From positions 372,001 through 436,000 of the forward strand of contig JAKMXF010000343.1 of the NCBI GenBank assembly GCA_024704765.1: a stretch of 64,000 nt of DNA. The letters are read 5' to 3'. Origin of the DNA: Oopsacas minuta. Its lineage: Eukaryota; Animalia; Porifera. Positions 12,601-35,500 of the stretch are shown here, one piece after another. Both the position numbers and the translations under genes were made by a program. The first letter of the stretch is position 1; each line of letters begins with the position of its first letter. A model generated the notes under the pieces. That model was not told the DNA's origin. It saw only the letters and a program-made list of their open reading frames with translations, and searched no databases.

Positions 12601-14713
12601 TATTAAGATTTATTGTCAGTTTCTACAAGTAGTTTACAATAAGAGTATATATACAGCAGTTATCGCTTTAAGAATGGTGTTCTTAGGGTGTCACCCTTGT
12701 GAGTAGCGAAATATGTTCTTATAAGCGATACCCATTGCTTCCATTCAATTAATAAATACAAACCTGATCTAAATGATATTGTAATATGCTACAAGATAAA
12801 TAATAAATAATACAACTTAAATTCATAAATTACTGTGGATGCCGGTTATAAGAACATCGTCGGGAACTGGATATAATGTTCGTATAACCGGTATGTAGTA
12901 TATAGAGGATATCGGTTATGAGAACACTTCATTGAAACACATTTATTTGAATGTAGGAACCATATTATCGAAAACGGTCCTCATATCTTCGTATTATTTA
13001 TTCCGATTCTACAAACATACCGATAATAAGAACCAGTTCTTATAACCGGCATCTACTGTATTCTATCAAAATCGTATAACACCTATAGTACGACGTTTGA
13101 TTCTGATAAAACTAAACTCATAATAGATTATTGTCATTAACTAACCTCAAAGATACAGATAACTACAAAGAAATGAAGAAAAAAGAATATAAAACTTCAC
13201 CAACCAAATTGTAAATTCAAGCCGTAATCAACCAGCATTAAATATGTCTATTTATGATCCCTTATGTGTATTGGATATTTGTAAGTCAGACAATAAATGT
13301 ATATTTTATTTACCTCGTCATTATCTGCATCTAATAATAGCTTATCTCCTCCAACCTGTAATCCTTCGCTAGAGTAAAATTTAAGGAAAATAATTACAAT
13401 GAACTCGGATAAGACGTATCCCTTGGGGAAACAAAAATAACCCCCGAATATTCTCCCTAGAAAAATAGTACAAGAATCGATAATAAGTTTTGGAGTAAAA
13501 TACTTACTAAACGAGTTCTTACTGTATGTATCATTAATTATATATGACACAATATTTAAATAGAAAATATATTATTGATTCTAATTAGTTTAGTTGCATG
13601 TGTAAGCTAATCTTATTTCTATCTGGAAAAGCAAATCAAAAGATATTGAGCAATATTAGGTAGAAAAATACATGTTGTAATTTGTCTCCAATCTAGCGTT
13701 AGAAAAATCAGTAAAGGTCACACTAGATCATGAATAAATTGCCAAAATCTCCATTTTCCTGTGTCATGCGTGGTTCATCAGATTGATTGATATCCATAAG
13801 TTGGATTTTTAAACATTTAACGTATAAAACTAACACATAAGTAAGAAAATATTAACACAGAAATATATTATTTAATCTGTTTCTTACTTGAGAGCACTTT
13901 CTACGATATCGTTTAGAAATAAGAATTTGGGTGGATTTGGTTCCTGCCTTTTGATCCTACTACTCCTTATATGCTACAAAACAGATAATGATATTGATAA
14001 ATACGATATCTTTTCACCAGTGATTTTGTGAAGTCAATCATCTTTTTTTGAAATTTGTTGCAACTCTGTGATTAAAATTGTAGCCAAATCAAGTCATATT
14101 TACGAAGAATTTTATATTTACTAAAGGAACGAATTATCCGCTTAACTTCACCCGTATTTAACATTCTGTGGATCTTCTCCTATAGGCTGCATTACAAATT
14201 TTGAGATCCTGTAGACCCACTAATGTCGTCCGTGGACCACCAAGGGTCCATCGTCCATGACCCCAATTTGTTAACTACTGGGCTACTATAGTTAATAAGG
14301 TGATCGATCTAATAGCAAGATCGCTAATCTTTCATAAACACAGATTATATTATTCTCAAATAAATTAGGCAAAACTACTGATACTCACTTTGGGGTTTGA
14401 AATAGAAGATATTCTCTTCAATCTAGTCTTTACTGGTGTTATCCCTCCAGAGCTTTGTCTAGTAAACTATAATATCATCAAATTAATATCCATAAATATG
14501 TGGTGATTCCTCTTTTACTCATTTTGTCATAGTGAAAATACAATTATTGAAATACAATTATTGTTCCAGTATATTTAACTTGAGTAGATAAATATTAGCC
14601 TACATTATATTGAGATAATTATACCTGCAATTATTTATGATAATTAAACTCACCGACAGACTAGAAGAGGTCTTTCTTGGAATTTGAGGAGATTGTGTAC
14701 TTTTAATCTCCAT
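6660..14713 (-). CDS. RIPOR: RIPOR/FAM65 family Rho-interacting polarization regulator, more than 20 small exons; 3' end approximate
   Basis: Manually spliced exons give MEIKSTQSP.., EPNPPKFLFLNDIVESALK, VEKLRNEYTHQLKIHDGASNLDQAY, GLLDIPRLINNDCYE, KWKTKGTIKNKEQKWQDE, VKLNLEVRW, ESEALDAFDFLN and LLTTHLIYCEGLLQ. These are colinear with recalled RIPOR PL48 and C-terminal motifs. Confidence 0.8.
8781..8947 (+). mobile_element. Tc1/pogo-like MITE family A, 167 bp, TA target-site duplication
   Basis: TA|CAGTTAACTCCCGTTATATCGAA..TTCGATAAGACGGGAGTTGACTG|TA. Confidence 0.85.
11569..11695. mobile_element. piggyBac-like MITE, second copy, in a RIPOR intron
   Basis: TTAA|CTGATTACGG..CCGTATTCGG|TTAG; reverse-complement homology to 42844-42957. 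Confidence 0.68.
12220..12378 (+). mobile_element. MITE family A, degenerate copy
   Basis: CAAAGCTCAAGCGACCGCGATAAG..TTTGGGACCATATTTGTACAA..GATATAACGAG matches the 8781 copy. Confidence 0.7.
12833..13058. mobile_element. TA-flanked MITE family C (TIR CAGTAGATGCCGGTTATAAGAAC)
   Basis: TIRs GATGCCGGTTATAAGAAC / GTTCTTATAACCGGCATCTACTG|TA; homologous copy at 54215-54475. Confidence 0.8.
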
Positions 14714-16004
14714 TAATTATATCCTAGTATTTTAAGGGTATATTCATTAAAACTTGGGTTTTGCTTAACGTGTATTTTGTTGAATATTTAGCGAAATTTG
14801 CTTAAGATTCGAGGCTGGAGCAGTTACATGGTAATAGTAGAAGTGATATGATATAAATCACGGGATAAATGATGACTTATTAAAAAATTGGCCTATATTA
14901 CACCATAAGAATAGGAAAAAGAGCCAAAATTTCTCATGAATATGATTTGTTACATTGGTGTAGTTATCTTCATGCTTCATTTGCAATATTAAATCAGCGA
15001 AACCTTAAGATTTGTAAGTGAACAAGGCTCTATATCTTTACCGTAAATTATCTCTATACTTTAACCAACATTGCAATAAATACGCTTACTCGTTGCTGTG
15101 ATTAAACTTATTCACAAATTCAGACCCTGGATGTTATGAATAGATGAAGGCACTATTTGAGGTTAGATTTGAACTATTCAGTCAACTATATGCACCCCAG
15201 GAATATGAGAACGTTGAATTCTTTTTTTCCCCCATAATAATAACGTGTTTCTGAAATAAACTGTTGAAACAGCATATACACAATATATGATCATGATTCA
15301 ACCAAACACCTTTAAAAATTCATATATCTGGGTAGACCACGTTTTCCCAATGAAACCACGTATTATGTTCATGCGTTTAGGAGCATGTCAAAATTCTATA
15401 TAAGTAAACTACTGCTTTGCCCTAACAGCTATTTAACAGTTTTTCTTTGATGTGTGTACATGTAGTTCATTATTATTGGGGAATATCTATCAGGGAATCA
15501 AAATCTGTTAATTGAAACATCAACTCTTTCTCATTTATGTTAATTGTATTACTTTAGTCTGAGATAAGTGATGCAATATCCGAGGAGTATCTGATTAAAC
15601 AGAATTGCGTAGATGTCAATGTATTATCTAGAAATTCAATATGTAATTAAATTAGCGTATCTTCCTACACTATGTTCAGAGGCAATGTAGATTCCAGTAA
15701 AATCACATTTAATGTAACAATTATGATAGATTTCTTGTTTCGTAAATAATTAATTCGACAAAATTGTCTATTTATATATTCCCTTGAAAAGCCATTTAAT
15801 AATCCGAACGATTGCTAATTCAATTTTTCCTTGAATGTTCGAATTTGACTGCATGTTTTGTAAATTGGAGCATGGAGTAGTGTCATTAATTATCTTATGA
15901 ATACAAACAACAAAATATGTACAATACATCTCTCAAGAAATACTAATACCCTTCTTACACCCAGTAAGTAACAATAAAGTAAATAGCATTGAAAGAATCT
16001 AGAA

Positions 16005-17153
16005 TTATTGCAGTCTTTTCAATTTCTTATTTTTCTTCTTTTTCATCGCCATTTTTCGAATCATTTCCTCTTCTTCAAGACGTATATCTTCCAAATCTTC
16101 CTGTTTACCTATCCGTGCGCTTCTCCGCTCTTCATACTGTTGCTGTGAGTAGCTAGACACCATAGCTTCATCTGCTGCCACACTATTATCATCCACATAC
16201 TTGCTCTTGTTATATCTAAACATATTCTGTATAAATGCGGATATATTGAAATTATTATTGTCATCATCTGAGACAATGAAATCATCATCGTCCTCTACTA
16301 ATTGGTGCTCAGGGTGCGGGGTAATGGGTCTCTTGGAATGCGGCCTTGATGATGAGGGAGGGAGCGGTCTCTTCGTTTCTTTCATTTCAAAAGTTTTCTT
16401 GAAAAAATCTGACTGTTCTATCTGTCGACGCGGTTTAGGAGTTTCCTTTGGTTCTTCTTTGATTTTCTTTTTGTTAGGCAAAATTGACTCTTTTGATTTA
16501 TGATTTTTAGAATTTTCGGGTTGCTTTGTTGTTGTTGTTGACGATTCTTCATGCTTTCTTTTTTGACTAGATTGAAGATTTATAGGTTTTTCTGTGTGTT
16601 GTTTGGATATTTTAGGAATTGGCAGATCCTTGATTGAGTTATTTGATTTCGTGTTTGTGTTGCCATCTTTCTTTTGTAAATTTTTCTTTGCCATTTCCAT
16701 CAATTCTGCGTAATTCGGGGCGGTAATTTTCTTGTTTGTTGATTGTATCGGCTTTGAGCTATTTTTATTCTTATCAAGTTTGTTTAAGTCAGGACTTTTT
16801 TCTTGAGATTTCGTCTCTTGTTCAATCTTTGGTATTATTTTGCTGTTTTGAACGGAAACAGTGTTTATTTCATTTTGAGATGTTTTTAGACTTTTAGGTT
16901 TATCTTCATGAATTTTGTTATTTTTGTTTGTTTGTAGATCGCTCTGTTTCTTCTTACTAGAAATAATCTGATTTGGATTGTGCTTAATTCTATCAACTTT
17001 ACTTAATTTTGTTTGTATTTGCAATTGTTTTTCTTGATATTTCCGTTGTTTTTCAATGTCGGATTGTTTTTGTTTTTCCTTCATTCTTGTTAATTTCTTA
17101 GTTTTCTCCTCTTGTTTCGCACTAGCTTCTGCCATCAAAGTTTTATAATCCAT
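16005..17153 (-). CDS. SPT2: SPT2 histone chaperone (SPTY2D1-like), single exon
   Basis: Lys/Ser-rich body; C-terminal ISAFIQNMFRYNKSKY..AMVSSYSQQQYEERRSARIGKQEDLED is the SPT2 domain. Confidence 0.88.
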   Translation of the reverse strand: MDYKTLMAEASAKQEEKTKKLTRMKEKQKQSDIEKQRKYQEKQLQIQTKLSKVDRIKHNPNQIISSKKKQSDLQTNKNNKIHEDKPKSLKTSQNEINTVSVQNSKIIPKIEQETKSQEKSPDLNKLDKNKNSSKPIQSTNKKITAPNYAELMEMAKKNLQKKDGNTNTKSNNSIKDLPIPKISKQHTEKPINLQSSQKRKHEESSTTTTKQPENSKNHKSKESILPNKKKIKEEPKETPKPRRQIEQSDFFKKTFEMKETKRPLPPSSSRPHSKRPITPHPEHQLVEDDDDFIVSDDDNNNFNISAFIQNMFRYNKSKYVDDNSVAADEAMVSSYSQQQYEERRSARIGKQEDLEDIRLEEEEMIRKMAMKKKKNKKLKRLQ

Positions 17154-17917
17154 TTTTGCTTAAAACATAATAGCACGTACTAAATGTATTTCCCGAAGGG
17201 ATACTTATTATCCACTGTATTGGAGAAAATGTTAGACAGCATCCCGACATGAGATATTTATTCAGGACATTTTGTGGGGACAAATGATGGAAATGAAATT
17301 ATATTTCGTATTAGCGTGAGTCATAGTTATTCAAATTAAACAAGGAGACAATTAGAAAATTCATAACTCTTCGGTGTTATGTCGAATATTTTTGAATTAA
17401 TAGATGTGATATTTAGTTATGTACTTCTCTACCATTTCGGTCAAAGTACAAACATTAGATACTTTGTTGTACAATATTATCATAACCGAGCTGAGATTGA
17501 GTCATTACACAGAGCACTAACTTGCCAAACTGTGCACAAATGAAAGGAAATATTGAATAGCAGTATAACTAAGTTTTAGAAACAATGTAGATACTTATGC
17601 AAATAACTATCTACTTATATATCCAACAAAAAAACAGCAAAAAAACAGCAAAAATTAATCCACTATAGATACCCAAGGTAAATGCTCCATTCCAAAATAA
17701 TTGAATAGTTATATACGTATATCGGTTATTCATGGCGTGTTTGGTAAGTTAGACATGTTTGGCCAAAAAATGAAAGTTCAGTTCAGATCTTGTTATTCTA
17801 ATTACTGGATAAATTTGTCCTCGAAAAAACGTGTGAATTATAAAGAAATAGGATCTATGCTGTAAATACCTTTTTCTTTATTCCTCGTGTAAAGAAATGG
17901 ACAACACTCCGATTTAT

Positions 17918-18006
17918 ACTATGCGAGCCGCTTCGCTTGTTCGCGCTGCGCGGCTTTCGAACACTATGGGTTCGCATGAGAATCGGCACTTTGTGCCTCG
18001 AATTTT
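17918..18006. repeat. Dispersed GC-rich repeat with GCGAGC/GCGAAGC core (Helentron/HINE-like, tentative); inverted copy at 25894-25984, fragment at 19906-19955
   Basis: GCGAGCCGCTTCGCTTGTTCGCGCTGCG..GTGCCTCGAATTTT matches the reverse complement of the 25.9 kb copy. The class assignment is inference. Confidence 0.6.
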
Positions 18007-18217
18007 AGCAAAGTAAAAATTGCAAAAATTGAATCGATAAATGAATATTCTTATTTGTCTACTAGATATTCATGAAAACAACAATAACACTAAAGTACAG
18101 TTCTTCTATCTTTAGAAATGGGAGGTCTACAACCAGATCTATATATGACCATTCTAGCGTCGTAAAAATATCACGGAATATGTATTTTACAGTTCGCGTG
18201 TGATATTTCCCAAAATA

Positions 18218-18366
18218 CAGTGGAACCTCGTTAATACGAACGCTCAAAATGTGTTCACTATATCCAGAGTAATACCAATTGAATTACCATTGCAGTGACA
18301 TAATTCTGTGTAAATATTTTATCGGTATATTTGTATTAAACCTGTTTGTATTAACGAGGTTACACT
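18218..18366. mobile_element. TA-flanked MITE family B (TIR CAGTRGAACCTCGTTAATAC)
   Basis: TA|CAGTGGAACCTCGTTAATAC..GTATTAACGAGGTTACACT; related copies at 35129, 35935 and 57367, fragments near 20416 and 52170. Confidence 0.75.
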
Positions 18367-18441
18367 ATACGTATAATCCTACCTAAATCGCATTATGTGC
18401 TCATATCGATAATTTAATACATATCAAATATACTGAATATT

Positions 18442-29341
<10,900 letters not shown>

Positions 29342-29687
29342 TATAATTCTAAATTTAGATAATTAAATCACTAATAAATGCATTGTTCTATGACGAGAAT
29401 GACTCACAACTTAGAACACACTTTACATTTACATCTCCCGTACTGGGTATAAGACATACTTTCTCCAAAACGGATTATGAATTCTTGTACTCATTGCACG
29501 ATGTTTCGCGTTATAAATGTAACTACAAGTCTGTAACCAGAAACTTAACAGAAAAGTATTTGATTTGAGGTATCTAAAGCGCTGGTTATCTCCAAGAACC
29601 TGATAGATCAATATATTTAATAAGTGATAAATAATTATATATATACTGATAGAAGATAACTTAAATAAGAGTACAGTAATAAGTGAG

Positions 29688-30563
29688 TTATATATTTTCG
29701 CTAACAAACGGTTTGAAGAACTCAGCAGTAGCATGAAACACATCATCAGGCTTTCGAATAAGAATATGATGTAAATAGTCAGCTAGAATACCACGAATAC
29801 GCGGGTGAGATCGTATATAATCTATATAACCTGTTTCTAGAGAATCTTTCTCATCTAAATATTTTGATATCATTTCAACATCCTCATTCCATGCTAGAAC
29901 ACCTGTATCTTTGGGTATTACAGTTTGTATGTGTGTATAGCGTAGCTGTGTGTCCTCCTCTTCTGAAAATTTAAGTTCTCCACCTGGCCCATACTTGAAA
30001 ATCCATAAAACATTTCCTTTATTCGATTCTTTCTTTAGTCCAAGTTCATCCACGTTTTCTAATCTAGAAATCTCATATCTAACTTCAGCAAGTTTGCATC
30101 CAATATCAATTTCATACAGCTGTCTTTCCAACAACTCAATTCTTCCTAAAGCAGCTAACCTTTGGTATAAATAGGATGTACCGATGGTTATCACTGATGA
30201 TACCTTATCAAGGATTAGGGTATCTGTTTTCAGATTTTTGGCATCACCTTCAGTTTGTATAAATAGTACTTCTCTCTCAGTTTCTGAAAGAGGGAGTATT
30301 TTCACTGTTTGAGAATTTAGAATATCTTTTTTGTAGAAAATCATTTCTTCACATTTTTCAATCAATAAATCTTCATTCAATATAGCATGTGACGTCACTC
30401 CACCCAAGATTGAACCATTCTGCCATTTAGAATGTAACTCTATTACGTATTTGCTGCAATTCTCGTCTTGTTTTACACTAAATAAAAGCTGTCCTACTTT
30501 CTTACCATCAAAAGACTGAATCTCCAAATCTTCACTGAAATACACTCGTGCATCTACTGACAT
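29688..30563 (-). CDS. CATIP: Ciliogenesis-associated TTC17-interacting protein (C2orf62-like), single exon
   Basis: C-terminal LAWNEDVEMISKYLDEK..YIRSHPRIRGILADYLHHILIRKPDDVFHATAEFF is the RIIa-like dimerization/docking tail typical of CATIP. Confidence 0.78.
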   Translation of the reverse strand: MSVDARVYFSEDLEIQSFDGKKVGQLLFSVKQDENCSKYVIELHSKWQNGSILGGVTSHAILNEDLLIEKCEEMIFYKKDILNSQTVKILPLSETEREVLFIQTEGDAKNLKTDTLILDKVSSVITIGTSYLYQRLAALGRIELLERQLYEIDIGCKLAEVRYEISRLENVDELGLKKESNKGNVLWIFKYGPGGELKFSEEEDTQLRYTHIQTVIPKDTGVLAWNEDVEMISKYLDEKDSLETGYIDYIRSHPRIRGILADYLHHILIRKPDDVFHATAEFFKPFVSENI

Positions 30564-32524
30564 TATAAAGCTATAGAAGGGAAAGTGTAAAATATTTCTT
30601 TGAAATTTATAAAATTATATATTTGGCCTTGGGTATGACGTATGAGTAAGCCTCTCAACTCTCACTATCTGATCATGAGTCCAAATTTTAGAGTCTATAG
30701 TCTACACTAACTACAAAATCCTTACTCATTTCACAAAATTATTACTAATTAAAATTGTCATATCACACGAATTTGTAAGTTTGAGAGCGCTGCATGAGGT
30801 GAAGTATATTTGTCGAATTACCAATGCGAATATGCAAAAATTTGCAATTAAAATACTCTCAACAGTGTCAGAATGATTACAATACAATCGCCTATAATTT
30901 GCAGGAAAATACTATGAATGAGCAAAAATTAATGCACGTATGTTGGTAAAATAAATGTAATATCCATTGTTTGAGATTACTATTATATTCATAGTCAAAC
31001 TTAACAAAAGAAACAATAACATCGTGTTTAGATGTTAAAGCCTACCACAATGCAAATGGTGCAAGTACAACAATGTTGCATCATGTATGTCGGGTTCTGT
31101 AATTAACTTATAATTATTATCATATAAACACTAAACCAATATTTACACACATAAATTCTGTATAATTACTATTGCATAATAATATTGCTAGTTATAATTA
31201 TAAATGAATTATTCTGAGATTATTGATAAACATTGAAGAGGTTAATTAGTGAATTACATCGGATATTATTTATAATTAATTATACAAGTAATAAAATACT
31301 AGCCCCCTCGTGATACGACTGATTTCTTGCTTTTTGATCACACAGTCGATAATCTCCGTATTTTGAATTCTTTGTGGATCAGTATGTGCCAGCCTGCCAC
31401 CAGACATTACATTGTCATCTGCGTATATGATGATGCAATCAACAACCTGCATTCTTGTGGTTGTAACCTGTAACCATGTAAGGTTGTATAATATATTTGA
31501 ACTTCGTACGGGTTAATCAGCAGAAAATGAATTCAACTAATTAAGTTAATTAGATATGAATAAACATCTCGAGATGTAATGTGTGATGGATATCCAGGTG
31601 TTTCTTGTGCAACTATGGGTTTCCCCAGCATAATTAATTACCGTGTAATTATGTGTTGATTCAATACAAATAAGTGCACTATCGACGTAAAAAATTACAA
31701 ATATAGAATACATACAAAGAGCTCAGCTACTGGAAACTTCAGGTATTGAGAAAGTTTTTCTCGAATGGCTCAAAGAAAATCCCATATAGAAGTTCAGTTA
31801 CCAGCAGCAGGCTCCATATAAGGATTCTGATAACATAATGGTAGTGTTGATCATTTGTGTGAAAAAGATGTATAAGCACGTGACCTACGTAATACACATA
31901 GATCGCCGTACATATAGTTATGTATCATAATGGAAATATTGGCAGAGATAATTACACGTGTTAGATTTGCATTAATTATGCAGCGGTTCCCAACTTGGGG
32001 TCATAGGCCCCCTTGGTGGTCCACGGAGGACAGCAGGGGATCCACAGAATCTCATTATTTGTATTACAGTCTATTCGAGGGGTACACAAAATGTGTCAAA
32101 ATTGGTTCAAGTTCAGCTCAAAACCAATTTCCCTGCTTTAAAACACACATTTTAAGACTCAATATCGAAACACCCGCTCAGATGCCAGAAATTGCACAAA
32201 TATGGTGGAAAACCATGAAAGTAACATATTCACCGGTTATATCGAACTTCGCTAATATCGGAGAATTATCGTGGTCCCTTGAACCTCTATATAACGGGTA
32301 TGCTAACAATGAGCTATGAAAGTACTGCATACAGACCCGAACCACAACCTAGGCAAGGACAACCATTAGTAGATGAAACATCTACATAGTTAATCCTGTA
32401 AAAGTAAGAGATTTTTCATTGATTTATTTACTATACCGAACATATATGCAAATAATATCTATAATACTTAAACAAATGAAAATTCACATGCAATATTACG
32501 AAGATATAAAAATCGAGCAAAACA

Positions 32525-35500
32525 TTAGTTCGATGGACAATCAATAGCAATTATACTAGCGCCACAATTTTCATCATCAAATACATCAGGAATTTGTAAT
32601 CGTACAATTGAGGTCTGTGAATCGTTCGTTTCTTCTAATACTCCTTGTTGAGAATATTGTGACGTAGATGGAATATGATAGATGTGTCCAGAGTGAGATG
32701 TTAGCTGAGGGTCATTAAAAATAATATTTTCTTGTTGTAGTATTGAAGGTGAAAGACCATCAGTCACATTCTGTGGGACTGTATTTAAATAATCTCCTTG
32801 TATTATTCCTACGAGGTCAAGTCCATTCACCGTGTCTAAGTCTTGACCTTCTAGATTCTGTATCGGAACGATTGCTACAATAGATGTGATAATTAAAATG
32901 GAAACGAATTGTGGAATTTAGTAATACGTTGGCATGCTTAGCAACCCCCTATAAAAATTATCTGGATATTTTCTAAATCTCGTGATTTGAAAATTACAGT
33001 TTTAGGCAAATATTTGCAAATGAAACAAGTGCAAAGTACACAGGTCAAATAGCCCTAACTTACCAGAATGATAGCCACCATAACCTGTCTGAAACTGAGC
33101 AGGTAGAGCATAAGCTAGTGTTTGAGGAGAGCTATTAGACTGTTGTGAGCTGTGAGAACTAAGTGAGTCTGTTGTTGGATCTAATGGCATTGGTACTTGT
33201 AGATATGTAGCAGGGTATGTAACATATGTAACATTAGTATCAGTAGTAGAGTCAGGTGATCTCTGTGGGGTCTGTAGCTGAGGAGAATTCCCGGTATTGT
33301 GGGAGAGAATAGAAGCGGTGGATAGAGAAGATAGGAAGGTGTTTGTAGTATTATACGCTTTGTGTCTAGAGATAATTGGAACTTCGTTAATACGAACACG
33401 GTTAATACAAATATTTACACAAAATCTGGTACCTACAATGGTTATTCAATTGGTATTACTCCGCGAACAGATTTTGGATGGTCCGTTGGTGTGGAAACTA
33501 ATGAGGTTCCACTGATGAGAAAATATACAATTATCATATAAACTAACCTTTTAGCACTTGGTTGTCCTGGAGATGTAGGATGCATTCTCGTGCGAGAACC
33601 TGATGATTTAGTAGGTCCATGAGATAGGATATGAGTATTAGGCAATGATATAGATGACGTCATGTGGTGGCGTGATATATACGGTGCAGTATTTGTAGTA
33701 TCAGTAGTTAATGTAGTTTGTAGATCGAGTAAGGTTGGAGAGTCAAAAGGTATGTTCGTACGTTGTGGAGCTGTTTGATGATAGAGAGTAGGAGGTATAG
33801 GGTTACGAGTTGTGGATGTTGGAATGTCGCAATCAGAATCAGTATCAGAGTCAAGTGTTAGGTCGATGAAGTTGGAGGTTTTCTCCTGGGATGGAGGTAC
33901 AGGATGCGGAGAGAGAGATTCTGATTCACTGGTGTTATCATCGGGACCAGATTTGCTATCAATAGAAGGAGAGAAGTCCAACACGATTGGTAGCTTCTGT
34001 GACAAAAGAGGTGGAGTTGTAGGGAATAGAGTTTGCATTTTCTTACCCTTTTCCCCCTTTTCAGAAATACTATACCAACTACCGTCCTGGTCAAATTCTA
34101 TCTCATCAAATCCTTTAGACTGTAGTAAAATCTCACTAAACAGATCATCAAGTATAAGGTCAGCAAATTGAGAGGATTTATCACAGATAGGACAAATCCA
34201 TGTAGATTTCTTCTCATTCATTTGTAAGTATAATTCTGCATCAAAACACTGTAGATGTGAGCATGATTTAGCTCTACAGGGATAGTTCATTTTTACTTTA
34301 CCCAAAGGACATAGTAGGGATACTCTGTAGCTTGTAGCAGATACTTCACAGTCTGACATCTTGAATTTCTCCTTTATCAGAGCTCGAGAGTGTTCAGCAC
34401 TGCGGACAGCTACAAGAGGAACATAATGAAAATATTCGTGGAGTAGGTAGTAATGTATATTCCTAGTGATTTTTCAAAATACTCGATTATTACATGCTCT
34501 AATTACTAGTAAAGTATTTGCAGCCTTTCGTGTTTATCATCAATTGGTGTATATTAGCTATCAGAAATCGTCTTGTATATCAATATAGTTATTTAGCACT
34601 GCATTATGGGTTATTTTGTCTATCGGGTTATTTTATCGTTTTGGCAGTGCAATCACATGGACAAATAACCCGATTTTAACTGTAACATTTTAGCCAATTT
34701 AACCCAAATAAAATTAACAAAAACTAATTAATATTGAGTTTTAATTATGATGAGAAATTGTCACTTAAAGGTGTCATCTTTCAAAATAATTAAAATACTA
34801 ATACAATTTGTACGTAAAATACAGATTGGATGATGGAATAGATTCGATAATAACATGCTATATCAATCTAGTAATTACATATATAGTGAGGTAATCAGAA
34901 CTAAGATGAACCTTCTTCTGAACTCATGACGCCACAAAGTTCAAAGTTTGTATTAAAATTATACAATCAAGTGTAAACACTAACTGTCCTAGCAAGGCAC
35001 TTTCAAACAAATGCTCTAGATTCAGGGTGGTGGTGTTTCGAAGAAATTTAAAAGTTTGAACTGTGACTATACACAGTTCTAAAATGGTTGACTTTCTTAG
35101 TAGGTAGGTGTATATGGGAAAATTAGTACAGTAGGCTCTCGTTAATACGTACACCAGGGGACTGCCAAAATTCGTACTCCTTAACCGTGTTCGTATTAAC
35201 GAGACTCTACTGTAGTTCATAAATATTTTAGTATACCAGTCAACTATTGAAATATAGAAATTCCCGCTTATATTGCGGTCCCTCGGGCTTCTATATAATG
35301 GGAGTTGACTATGTACATTATTTACCTTTAGATTTCAATTGGTTGAGTAGTTGGCTACTGTTAATAGTCTTCACGAGGGAACACATGATAACATGACCTG
35401 TAGGTATATTGTATAGATCAGGTGTCCAGTATATCTGTACCAAATTAACCTCAGAAGGAGGAACATTACGACACAGAGATGTGATATCGACTGGTCGACC

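Noticed and set aside
13413-13425. GTATCCCTT as a possible U12-type 5' splice site
   Set aside because: Imperfect match to GTATCCTT, no validated exon, and no branch point identified.
31930-32319. 129-aa + strand ORF
   Set aside because: It runs through a hAT-like MITE fragment and other repeat remnants; no recognisable domain.
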